NCBI GenBank assembly: GCA_963719225.1
Contig: CAVRAY010000001.1
Location: 2,976,001 to 3,040,000, forward strand
Reading direction: 5' to 3'
Origin: Thermoanaerobaculia bacterium
Lineage (GTDB): Bacteria > Acidobacteriota > Thermoanaerobaculia > UBA5066
DNA length: 64,000 nucleotides
Part shown: piece by piece, positions 10,159 to 20,279 of the stretch
Layout: each line of letters starts with the position of its first letter
How positions within the stretch are numbered: position 1 is the stretch's first letter
Notes under the pieces: model-generated
What the model was told of the DNA's origin: nothing
Seen by the model: the letters and a program-made list of their open reading frames with translations, nothing else
Database searches by the model: none
Position numbers and translations under genes: made by a program

Positions 10159-10890
10159 TCAGCGGTCCGCGGGACGCCGGGCGCGGATCCACAACGATCC
10201 GGCGAGCTCGCGCACGAGGGGAAGCCTCTCGAGCCCGAGACCGACGCGTTTCACGGACGCGATCATCGATTCCGGCGTGGAGGGATGCAGCCAATCGAAA
10301 GGGGTGATCTCGATATTTTCGAATCCTGTCCGCGACAGGACTCCCGCGAGGCGCCAGCGCACGAAAGCCGTTTCATCCGGCGACACGTAGGGAAACCATC
10401 GTCGAAATCTGCGTTCCGCGAAGACCTGCGGATTGAGCATGTTGGGTTCGGCAAAGCTCATCCTCCCGCCCGGCCTCAGGAGCGCGAATATCTTCGCGAA
10501 CGATTCATTCGAATCGAGGTGATGGAGAATCGACGAGCCGATGACGGCGTCGAAGGGCCCGTCGACCTCGCAATCCTCGAAGCGCTTCTCGAGGAACACG
10601 ACCCGCTCCGGCAGCCGTCGTGCGAAGGCCTTCTGGAGCAAGTCGCCCGAGATGTCCACGGCCACGAGCCGCGCGCCCGTTTGCGCGAACCGCTCGGTGA
10701 ACATCCCCGTGCCGCAGCCGATTTCCAGCGCGCGGGTTTGGGGACCGAGGTTTCCGCCCCTGATGATCAGGTCCGCGCGTCTGTCGGCGCGCTGGCGGCC
10801 CGCGGGGGTGTTCCAGCCCCAGATTTCTTCCGTCTCGAGGTCGGCGAGCCTCTTGCCATGTTCGATTTCGTGTCGCGCCCGCGAGCTCAT
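10159..10890 (-). CDS. Class I SAM-dependent methyltransferase
   Basis: LEIGCGTG, VAVDIS, SILHHL, LRPGGR..FAEPN. Start ATG 10890 (ATGA overlap). Confidence 0.85.
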   Translation of the reverse strand: MSSRARHEIEHGKRLADLETEEIWGWNTPAGRQRADRRADLIIRGGNLGPQTRALEIGCGTGMFTERFAQTGARLVAVDISGDLLQKAFARRLPERVVFLEKRFEDCEVDGPFDAVIGSSILHHLDSNESFAKIFALLRPGGRMSFAEPNMLNPQVFAERRFRRWFPYVSPDETAFVRWRLAGVLSRTGFENIEITPFDWLHPSTPESMIASVKRVGLGLERLPLVRELAGSLWIRARRPADR

Positions 10891-12023
10891 TCTGGATCCA
10901 GCTTTCCCGCTCGCCGAAGTCCGATTCCGGGTTCGGCAGCCAGGTGCTTCGCGATGAGGTGCGCGGCGATCCGGTGACCGGCGACATTCCAGTGAAAGTC
11001 GGACGGAGGGAACACGGCAACACCTTTCGCCTCGGCCGCCCGCAATTCGTCGAGAGGCTCGATGACGTCGATGGCCTCCTTCCGGCACAAGCGAATGAGT
11101 GCCGCGTACGTCGCGTCATCCTGCGCGCGGCATGGAAGGGGGGCCGTCGGCCGGACCTGACAGACAGAAGGGATCGCGAGCACGAGGAACCGGATGCCTC
11201 GCTCTTCACAGACACGCCTCGTTTCGTCGAGGATCGCCCCCGTCTCCAGCTCGGCCGGAGGCGGGTGCGGCCCCGACCTGCTGCTCAGCCGGGCGCGCCG
11301 GAGGGGCGTCAGATCCGGGGTGCGGAAGAAGCCGCGGTCGAGCCACTGCCACGCCGCGAGAATCAACCGCGGAGTGAGGAGATGTCTCCGAAAGAAAGAG
11401 CGCAGGGCCGTCAGACCGCCCGTCGGCGGAGCCGCGATCGGGACGCCCTTCAGAACGAGGCGACCGCCCTCCAGCACGTACCGGGGGCGGGGATATCCGA
11501 ACATGCTGTCGCTCGCGTTGTCCGCGAAGTCGTTGAGGTAGAACCCGAGTGTCACGACGTCCGGGTGATACCGGAATCCCTCCCGCTCCAGCCACACCAG
11601 CTCCTGAGCCGTTCCCCATGCGCAAACCCCCGCGTTGATGGCCTCGACGCCTTCGAGTTCGCGCTCGAGGACCTTCGGGTACGTCTCGCCGTCTCCGACT
11701 CTCCATCCCCACGTCAAGGAGTCGCCCAGGCAAAGGACGCGACGCGCGTCCCGGCGCGCGGGCTCGATCTCCCGATCTCGCAGACCTCTCGAGTTGATTC
11801 GGGCGAACAAGTCGGGCTGACCGACCTCTCGCATCGGGCCCTTGACGCCAGGACGACCCGACCACCCCACCCAGGGATCGAATTGCGAGAATTCCGCCGT
11901 GTCGATCGGCTTGGGAGTGACGAGCCGGATGAGGCCTTCACTCAGGACGAGGGCGACGATTGAACCGATCGCGAGGGCGGCGACGCGCAACAGGATCTCC
12001 CGCGCGGAGCGGCGCGACGGCAT
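10887..12023 (-). CDS. Membrane-anchored SGNH/GDSL hydrolase-family protein (AlgX/AlgJ-like acetyltransferase or esterase)
   Basis: N-terminal TM, LGDSLTWG, INAGV, YLND and DFHWN blocks. Confidence 0.85.
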   Translation of the reverse strand: MPSRRSAREILLRVAALAIGSIVALVLSEGLIRLVTPKPIDTAEFSQFDPWVGWSGRPGVKGPMREVGQPDLFARINSRGLRDREIEPARRDARRVLCLGDSLTWGWRVGDGETYPKVLERELEGVEAINAGVCAWGTAQELVWLEREGFRYHPDVVTLGFYLNDFADNASDSMFGYPRPRYVLEGGRLVLKGVPIAAPPTGGLTALRSFFRRHLLTPRLILAAWQWLDRGFFRTPDLTPLRRARLSSRSGPHPPPAELETGAILDETRRVCEERGIRFLVLAIPSVCQVRPTAPLPCRAQDDATYAALIRLCRKEAIDVIEPLDELRAAEAKGVAVFPPSDFHWNVAGHRIAAHLIAKHLAAEPGIGLRRAGKLDPE

Positions 12024-12081
12024 CGAAGCAACATCTTAACGCCGCCCAGGCGCCACTCCTCCGCGATCAGGAACCGAAAGG

Positions 12082-12113
12082 AAAGAGAAAAGGCCCGGCG
12101 TTTCCGCCGGGCC
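12082..12113 (-). terminator. Rho-independent terminator of groESL
   Basis: 9-bp stem GGCCCGGCG/CGCCGGGCC (12092-12113) with 4-nt loop, followed on the minus strand by TTTTCTCTTT. Confidence 0.85.
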
Positions 12114-12140
12114 CGAATTGCATCGATGAGAGGGGGCAGG

Positions 12141-13796
<1,656 letters not shown>

Positions 13797-14090
13797 TTAC
13801 TTCGTTTCGACGATCGCGAGCACTTCGTCCTCGCGGAGGATGAGGAGCTCTTCGTCTTCGATCTTGATTTCGGTGCCGGCGTACTTGCCGATCAGGATGC
13901 GGTCGCCTTTCTTCACGTCGAGCGGAATCCGCTTGCCGTTGTCGTCGAACTTGCCTTCGCCGACGGCCTCGACCTTGGCCTCCATGGGCTTCTCCTTGGC
14001 GGTGTCGGGGATGATGATTCCGCCACGCACCTGCTCCTTGGCCTCGATGCGCTTGACGAGAATCCGGTCATAGAGGGGACGAACTTTCAT
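13797..14090 (-). CDS. groS: Co-chaperonin GroES
   Basis: [14 protein letters not shown]...[13 protein letters not shown]; start ATG 14090 with GGAG SD. Confidence 0.98.
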   Translation of the reverse strand: MKVRPLYDRILVKRIEAKEQVRGGIIIPDTAKEKPMEAKVEAVGEGKFDDNGKRIPLDVKKGDRILIGKYAGTEIKIEDEELLILREDEVLAIVETK

Positions 14091-14187
14091 GGGACGCTCC
14101 TTTCGGTTCTTCGGACGCCGCGCGAGGCGAATGGCTCGCCGACGCCCTGGTTTTGACTCTCTATTCTTGTTCCCGCCGGTCGCTTTG

Positions 14188-14214
14188 TTAGCAGTCAAAG
14201 CCGGCGAGTGCCAG
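14188..14214. promoter_or_regulatory. CIRCE element (HrcA operator)
   Basis: TTAGCAGTC-N9-GAGTGCCAG versus consensus TTAGCACTC-N9-GAGTGCTAA, immediately downstream of the groES promoter. Confidence 0.85.
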
Positions 14215-14215
14215 A

Positions 14216-14244
14216 AATCTATCCTCCGCTGACAAATCTGTCAA
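14216..14244 (-). promoter_or_regulatory. Sigma70-type promoter of groESL
   Basis: Minus strand TTGACA (14244-14239), 17-bp spacer, TAGATT (14221-14216). Confidence 0.8.
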
Positions 14245-14303
14245 GCAGATCTATAGATATTGTATAAATTGTTGATCCAGAATGGATTAATAATGAGATT
14301 TTT

Positions 14304-15458
14304 CTAGGATTCGCGAGAGAACGAGGCGAGCGTGGACGCGAGCGTGCTCTTCTGCTCGGCCGAGAGCTCGGGAAAAACCGGGAGGGCGAGCGTCTCGTTC
14401 GCCGCCTTCTCGGCCTCGGGACAGTCTCCCGGGCGCCCGCCGAGAGAGGCGAAACACTCCTGGAGGTGCAACGGCACGGGATAGTAGATCGCGTTTCCGA
14501 TCTGCCTTTCGTCGAGGAGCTTCTTCAAGGCGTCGCGCCGGCCCTTCCCCACGCGTACGACGAACTGGTTGAAGACGTGCTCGCGCTCGGCCGCTTGCCG
14601 CGGAAAGCTCAGGCCCCCCGCCTCGTAATCCCGCCCGCCCGCGTCGCGGTACAGCTTTTCGATCTCGGCCGCGTTCGCACGCCGCGCGCGCGCCCAGCCG
14701 TCGAGGTGCGGCAGCTTCACGTGCAGGATCGCGGCCTGCAGCGCGTCGAGCCGGAAGTTCCCGCCCACGAGCCTGTGGTGATAGCGCGACGTCTCGCCGT
14801 GCATCCGCAAGGCGCGGAGGCGTGCGGCGTGCGCGTCGTCCTGTGTCGTCACCATGCCGCCGTCGCCGAACCCGCCGAGGTTCTTGGAGGGAAAAAAGGA
14901 GAAGGCGCCGAACTCGCCGAGCGCTCCCGCCTTGACGCCCTTGTAGGCCGCTCCGAGCGATTGGCAGGCGTCCTCGAGGACGGGGATCCCCTTACGCTTC
15001 GCCACGTCGCGAATCGGATCCATGTCCGCGCACTGGCCGTAGAGATGGACGGGCTGGATGAGCTTCGTCCGCGGCGTGATCGCCTTCTCGAGCTTCGAAG
15101 CGTCCAGGTTGAACGTTTCCGGCTCGATGTCGACGAAGACCGCCCGCGCGCCCAGCCTCGCGACGGCGCCGGCCGTCGAGAAGAACGAGTAGGGGGACGT
15201 CACGACGTCGTCGCCCGGGCCGACGCCGAGCGCCATCATGACCGCGAGCTGCGCGTCGGTGCCCGAGGACATCCCGATGGCGTGCCGCACGCCGACGTAC
15301 GAGGCGACCGCCTTCTCGAAGGCCTCGACGCGCGGACCCAGGATGAAGTACTGGCTCTCGAAGACTTCGGCCGTCGCGCGCAGGATTTCCTCGCGGATCG
15401 TCGCGTACTGTTTCTTCAGATCGAGGAGCGGTACGGGAACGGCGGTCACAGTGGTCAC
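14304..15458 (-). CDS. DegT/DnrJ/EryC1/StrS family sugar aminotransferase
   Basis: VPLLDLK, SSGTDA, PVHLYGQ, EDACQS, FSFFPSKNLG (PLP lysine), NFRLD. Start GTG about 15458. Confidence 0.93.
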   Translation of the reverse strand: MTTVTAVPVPLLDLKKQYATIREEILRATAEVFESQYFILGPRVEAFEKAVASYVGVRHAIGMSSGTDAQLAVMMALGVGPGDDVVTSPYSFFSTAGAVARLGARAVFVDIEPETFNLDASKLEKAITPRTKLIQPVHLYGQCADMDPIRDVAKRKGIPVLEDACQSLGAAYKGVKAGALGEFGAFSFFPSKNLGGFGDGGMVTTQDDAHAARLRALRMHGETSRYHHRLVGGNFRLDALQAAILHVKLPHLDGWARARRANAAEIEKLYRDAGGRDYEAGGLSFPRQAAEREHVFNQFVVRVGKGRRDALKKLLDERQIGNAIYYPVPLHLQECFASLGGRPGDCPEAEKAANETLALPVFPELSAEQKSTLASTLASFSRES

Positions 15459-15469
15459 GGCAGGCGAGG

Positions 15470-16489
15470 CTACACCAGCCCTCGATTCACGAGCTCCGCC
15501 TTCATCCAGGCATAGACGACCGGCGCGAGCACGACTCCCGGAATCCCGAAGGCCGCCTCGAAAACGAGGATCGCGAGGAGCGTCTCCCATGCGGACGCGC
15601 CGATGCGCCCGCCCACGATCTTCGCGTTGAGCAGGTACTCGAGCTTGTGGATGAGGACGAGGAACGCGAGCGATACGGCCGCGACCCAGGGCGCCACGCC
15701 GAGGGAGACGAGGACGATCACCGTGTTCGAGACGAGGTTTCCGGCCACGGGAATGAGACCGCAAAGAAAGGTGATCGCGACGAGCGTGCCTGCCAGCGGA
15801 AGCCGCGCACCCAAGGCCGGCAGGATCGCGAAAACGAAGAGCGCCGTCAGGATCGTGTTGACTGCGGAAATTTCGATCTGGGCCTTCGCGACGGAACGGA
15901 AGCTGTCGCCGAAGCGGACGAGCCTCTCCTGGAGCTGCGCCGCGAGCCGCCCTGGGACGCTCTTCGGTGCGCGGAAGAAGACGAGCACGCCGACGACGGC
16001 GCCCAGCAGCGCATGCACCAGGCCGCGTGCGCCGACGGTTCCCGCGTGGCGCAGCTCGCCCGCATGCTCGCGCAACCAGTCTCCGACGGCCTCAGTCGAT
16101 CCTCCGGGGCCGGGGAGCGGAAGGGGAAGGCCGGCCTCTTCGAGGGTCTCCCTCAAGCGCGCGAGCGTGTCCCCCATCCTCTCGAGCACAGCCGGAAGGT
16201 CGCCGATCCGCCCGCGGACGAAGCCGTAGAGAAGGATGATCGCGAGGGCGACGAGACCCGCCGCGACGAGGCCGAGGAGGCCCGCCGCGAGCGCACGCGC
16301 GAGGCCGTGCGAGACGCGCCCGCCACGCAGCCGACGTGCCATCGATTGGAGAAGAGCCCATGCGAGGAATCCTGCGAGGAGCGCCGGCACGAGATGAAGG
16401 ACCAGCACCGCCAGAAGGGCGAGCGCGGAGAGGACGAATGACGCCCGTTCGTACGGAACGGGGCGGGCAACCGCAGGGGCATCACTCAT
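15470..16489 (-). CDS. AI-2E family transporter
   Basis: Polytopic; AQIEISAVNT, GLIPVAGNL and HKLEYLLNAKIVG motifs. Confidence 0.85.
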   Translation of the reverse strand: MSDAPAVARPVPYERASFVLSALALLAVLVLHLVPALLAGFLAWALLQSMARRLRGGRVSHGLARALAAGLLGLVAAGLVALAIILLYGFVRGRIGDLPAVLERMGDTLARLRETLEEAGLPLPLPGPGGSTEAVGDWLREHAGELRHAGTVGARGLVHALLGAVVGVLVFFRAPKSVPGRLAAQLQERLVRFGDSFRSVAKAQIEISAVNTILTALFVFAILPALGARLPLAGTLVAITFLCGLIPVAGNLVSNTVIVLVSLGVAPWVAAVSLAFLVLIHKLEYLLNAKIVGGRIGASAWETLLAILVFEAAFGIPGVVLAPVVYAWMKAELVNRGLV

Positions 16490-17862
16490 CGCGCGGGATT
16501 ATCCGATGCCCGGCGAAACACGCCGGCCAGCCGGTCGCACTCGGCGACGAGGGCGTCGCGCCGCGCGCGCAGGCGCGCGATCCCGCCGGGCGCGAACGCG
16601 AGGGCGAGGAGCTCGCGCGCCTGGCTCTCGCGCCAGGACGCGTACTCGAAGAAGAGAAGAGAAGAGATTCCTGCGAATGGAAGAAAGAGGAGGGCCAGGG
16701 CGGCCCAGAGCGCGCCGGCAACTTTCCAGACAGCAGCTGTCTCGAGCGCGAGGAAGAGCGAGAAGAGGATGGTTCCCGCGACCAGCTTGTAGAGCGCGAT
16801 CTGGTCGCGATGCTCCGAGGCGCCCGGCATGCGGTTCGCGATCGCCCCGCACAGGCGGTAGGGCACCCACCACGCAACCACGCCGACGACGGCGACGGGG
16901 AAACCGACAGCGATCACGGCCAGGGCCCTCAGCGTATGAAAGAGAATGGTCCACGCCGAGGGCGGCGAGTCCAGGGAGGACGCAGTCAAAGAGATTCTTC
17001 TTAGAAGGTGGTTGAAGGCGCGGGCACGCCGCGCGACGGAGGCCACGGCGCCGGGTTCTACACGCTTCAGAACCTCGCGCGCGGCGAGGAGAAGCCGGCG
17101 AACGCGGAACGAACGTGCCAACTCGCCCTCCCCCTCTTCACCTTCTAAGAAATCCCCCGTCGTTCCCTCCCCCGTGGTTCTCTTTCCCGGAATCTTCGAC
17201 CCGTAGAGAGCGTCCACCGCCGCGACGACCTCGTGGTCTTCCCAGTCGTCCGCGTTGAGCGTGACGCCGAGAAGCGCCTGCTCGATTGCCTCCGTCCACG
17301 CCTCGACGGTCGGATCGGCCGGGGGCGCAACGGGTGCGCCGATCTTCACGAGCACGTCGGACCGGAATTCCTCCTTCTTCGTGAACCAGAGGCCGATAGG
17401 GACGACCACCGGGGATTTCTTAGAAAGGAGGAGGACGCGGGCGGCCCCGGTGCGCAGCTCCGAGAGGCGCGGGTCCGAGTGTGAGCGTCCTTCGGGGAAG
17501 ATCAGCACGCAGCCGTCGCGCTCCAGCTCGGCCGCGAGCCGCTCGAACGAGCCGCGATTCCTGTCTTCCCCCTTCGAAGGAATCTCCCGGTCCTCCTCCC
17601 CTCTCCTCACGACCGGCACGCAACCGAGGAGGTCAAGAAGGGTTTTCAGCCCGGGAATCTTCCAGAGCGTGGATTTCGCGACGAAGACGACGGGACGTTC
17701 GACGACGCGAAGGACGAGCATCGGGTCGACGAGCCCGTTGTAATGGTTCGCGACGAAGAGGACCGGGCCCCGGTCCGCCACGTTCTCGCGCCCGGTAACC
17801 TCGACGCGCCGGTAGAAGAGATCGACGAGGAAACGGACGAGCCAGACGACGGCGCGCTTCAC
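16486..17862 (-). CDS. Phospholipid/glycerol acyltransferase (PlsC family) with C-terminal TM helices
   Basis: ANHYNGLVD (HX4D), FVAKS, IFPEGRS. Start GTG 17862 (GTGA overlap). Confidence 0.88.
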   Translation of the reverse strand: MKRAVVWLVRFLVDLFYRRVEVTGRENVADRGPVLFVANHYNGLVDPMLVLRVVERPVVFVAKSTLWKIPGLKTLLDLLGCVPVVRRGEEDREIPSKGEDRNRGSFERLAAELERDGCVLIFPEGRSHSDPRLSELRTGAARVLLLSKKSPVVVPIGLWFTKKEEFRSDVLVKIGAPVAPPADPTVEAWTEAIEQALLGVTLNADDWEDHEVVAAVDALYGSKIPGKRTTGEGTTGDFLEGEEGEGELARSFRVRRLLLAAREVLKRVEPGAVASVARRARAFNHLLRRISLTASSLDSPPSAWTILFHTLRALAVIAVGFPVAVVGVVAWWVPYRLCGAIANRMPGASEHRDQIALYKLVAGTILFSLFLALETAAVWKVAGALWAALALLFLPFAGISSLLFFEYASWRESQARELLALAFAPGGIARLRARRDALVAECDRLAGVFRRASDNPAR

Positions 17863-19178
17863 GCAGGAGGCGCCGCGGCCGGGACTCTCGGGAAGCGCAC
17901 CTTGAGGAATGCGCCGATCGCGAAGACGAGGACGACGAAGAGCACGGAGATCCCCGCGCGATATCCCGCCGGACTCTTGTCCGGGAAGAGCGTGAGGGTC
18001 GCCGCCCAGAGGAAGGGCCCGAGCACGGACGCGGCCTCGCCGGCGAGGGTGAAGAACCCGAAGAACTCGGTCGTGCGCTCCTTCGGAACGAGCGCGATGA
18101 GCCCGAGCCTGCCGGTCACCTTGATGCCGCCGAGTCCGATTCCCGCGAGGACGCCGACGATCGTGAAGGTCCTCGGGTCGCGCACGAGGAGCGCGAGGGC
18201 GAAGACGAGCACCCAGTTGCCGAGCGCCACGAGCGTCGCCGTACGGATCGTCACGCGCTGGCAGAGGAAGCCGTAGAGGAGCCCGCCGACGACCGCCACG
18301 GCAGTCGCGACGAGCAGGAGGATCTGCACCTGGGCATCGTTCAGGCCCACGGCATAACGCGAGTACGTCGACATCTGAATCTGGATCGTGTGGATGACGT
18401 CGATGTAGAGGAAGTTCGCGACGAGGAACCAGAGGAGAGAAGGCGTCGAGGGGAGAGAGCGGATGGTATGGAGAACGTCCCGAAGAGGGGATGAAGAGGG
18501 AGAGAGAGATTTCTTGGAAGGGGAAGAGGGGCGGGGCAGGCGCGCAAAGAACAGCAGCGGGACGGCCGCCGCGAGCCACAGCAGCGCCGTCGGCAGATAG
18601 GCGTTCTGGCGCACCCAGGCCGCATTTACATTCGAAGAAACCTGCGTGACCGACAACGCATCGATTACCGGCAAGAGAATGTGAGGCATCTTTAGCCGGA
18701 TCGCGCCCGACACGAACGGCAGGACGAGGAACATGCCCAGGAGCGATCCGAGATACCCCGCCGCCACGCCGAAGCCCGACACGCGCCCGGAGTTGGTCTC
18801 GTCGGACACGTCCGGGAGAAGCGCGTTGTAGAAGACGTAGGCGCACTGGAACGCGATGTTCGCGAACGCGAAAAAGACGAGAAGGCGCGGCACCGGCCCG
18901 GGTGCGGCGACGAGGGCCGTGAAGGCGACTCCCGCGAGGACGAACGGCACGAGGAAGCGCCGCTTCCCCGCCCGGTCCGCGAGGTGTCCCAGGAACGGCG
19001 CCGCCACCGCCACGACCGCCATCGAGAGGCCGAACGCGAGCGAGAACTTTTCGCTTCCGCGGGGCACGCGTCCGGCGATGTCGAGCGGCAGATGCAGAGA
19101 CAGCAGGTTCATCGCGAAGCTCGTCGCCCCGAGCTCGTAGAGGCTCCACGCGAGGACGGTCCCGCCTCGGACCTTCAC
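17859..19178 (-). CDS. MFS transporter (UMF1/Atg22-like)
   Basis: AWSLYE, LGHLADRAGKRR, VFYNALLP, GRVSGFG and EFFGFF; about 12 TMs. Start GTG 19178. Confidence 0.85.
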   Translation of the reverse strand: MKVRGGTVLAWSLYELGATSFAMNLLSLHLPLDIAGRVPRGSEKFSLAFGLSMAVVAVAAPFLGHLADRAGKRRFLVPFVLAGVAFTALVAAPGPVPRLLVFFAFANIAFQCAYVFYNALLPDVSDETNSGRVSGFGVAAGYLGSLLGMFLVLPFVSGAIRLKMPHILLPVIDALSVTQVSSNVNAAWVRQNAYLPTALLWLAAAVPLLFFARLPRPSSPSKKSLSPSSSPLRDVLHTIRSLPSTPSLLWFLVANFLYIDVIHTIQIQMSTYSRYAVGLNDAQVQILLLVATAVAVVGGLLYGFLCQRVTIRTATLVALGNWVLVFALALLVRDPRTFTIVGVLAGIGLGGIKVTGRLGLIALVPKERTTEFFGFFTLAGEAASVLGPFLWAATLTLFPDKSPAGYRAGISVLFVVLVFAIGAFLKVRFPRVPAAAPPA

Positions 19179-19882
19179 GAGATCCTGTAGGCCGGTTGAG
19201 GCCTGCGGGACGGCCGAAAGACCAGCGCCCAGGCGACGCCGAAGACGAATCCGCCGACGTGCGCCCAGAATGCGACGCCCCCCTGCGAAGCCGCCGCCCG
19301 GCCGGCACGCGTGAGCTGCTCCGATCCCATCCAGAACTGCAGCGCGAACCATCCGAGGAGATAGACGCCGGCGGGGACCTCCACGACGGGAAAAAGGACG
19401 AACAGCGGGACGACGGTCACGATGCGGGCGCGCGGGTAATAGACGAGGTACGCCCCGAGGACGCCCGCGATCGCTCCCGAAGCGCCCAGGTTCGGGATCG
19501 CCGACGACGGCGAAAGGAACGCCTGCAGGAGGGTCGCGCACAGGCCCGCCGCGAGGTAGAAGACGAGAAACCGGAAGTGACCGAGCGCGTCCTCGACGTT
19601 GTCGCCGAAGATCCAGAGGAAAAGCATGTTTCCGAGCAGGTGCAAAAGCCCGCCGTGCAGGAACATCGCGGTGAAGATCGTGACGACCGCGGCCGAGAAC
19701 GTCCAGCCGGCGAGCTCGGGGTGAAAGAACCGGAGAGGAATGAACGCGAAGGTGTCGAGGAACGCGTCCAGGGTCTCGCCCTGCAGGATCTCAAGGAAGA
19801 AGGCCGCGACGTTCGCGACGACGAGGAGCCGTGTGACGAAGGGAACGGTCCGCGTCCGGATCGTGTCGCGGAGCGGGATCAT
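19175..19882 (-). CDS. Rhomboid family intramembrane serine protease
   Basis: FLHGGLLHLLGNM, GASGAIAG catalytic Ser, AHVGG catalytic His. Confidence 0.95.
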   Translation of the reverse strand: MIPLRDTIRTRTVPFVTRLLVVANVAAFFLEILQGETLDAFLDTFAFIPLRFFHPELAGWTFSAAVVTIFTAMFLHGGLLHLLGNMLFLWIFGDNVEDALGHFRFLVFYLAAGLCATLLQAFLSPSSAIPNLGASGAIAGVLGAYLVYYPRARIVTVVPLFVLFPVVEVPAGVYLLGWFALQFWMGSEQLTRAGRAAASQGGVAFWAHVGGFVFGVAWALVFRPSRRPQPAYRIS

Positions 19883-19920
19883 GAACGATCCATATCGGGG
19901 CGCGCGCGAGGCGCGGGCGC

Positions 19921-20208
19921 CTACTTCCGCCGCTTGTTCAGCAGGTCCTTGAGGTCCTTGCCGGCGCGAAAGCGCGCGACCTTCGCCGCGGCGATGCGGA
20001 TCGTGGCCTTCGTTCGAGGGTTGATTCCCGCGCGCGCCTTTCGGTCGGCCACGTGAAAGACGCCGAGACCGGGAATCGCGACGCGCAGGCCCTTCTTCAG
20101 GTTTCCGGTGACGGCGTTCACGACCGAGTCGAGCGCCGCAGTCGCGTCCTTCCGCGTCAGGCCCGTGTCGTTCGCAATTGCATCCACGATGTCGGCTTTG
20201 CCCGCCAT
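19921..20208 (-). CDS. hup: HU family DNA-binding protein
   Basis: MAGKADIV..IPGLGVF..RKARAGINPRT..ARFRAGKDLK; SD GAAGGAG. Confidence 0.93.
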   Translation of the reverse strand: MAGKADIVDAIANDTGLTRKDATAALDSVVNAVTGNLKKGLRVAIPGLGVFHVADRKARAGINPRTKATIRIAAAKVARFRAGKDLKDLLNKRRK

Positions 20209-20250
20209 GGGGTCTCCTTCTGGCTTTCGCGGTCGCCGGGAAGCGCCGGC

Positions 20251-20279
20251 AATGTAGGCTCGGCCCCGGGCCTTGTCAA
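20251..20279 (-). promoter_or_regulatory. Sigma70 promoter of the HU gene
   Basis: Minus strand TTGACA (20279-20274), 17 bp, TACATT (20256-20251). Confidence 0.8.

Noticed and set aside
16998-17154. Inverted motif pairs as an active MITE or IS
   Set aside because: Spacers differ in length and sequence, partly encode conserved protein, and I saw no target-site duplications or transposase; only an ancient origin remains possible.
16486-19308. Apparent giant ORFs or fusions in the ORF track (940 aa here, also 31021-34245, 36417-38684, 50689-53472, 51106-53550)
   Set aside because: The N-terminal extensions are Arg/Pro-rich off-frame readings of neighbouring genes; internal starts with stop/start overlaps or promoters explain them.
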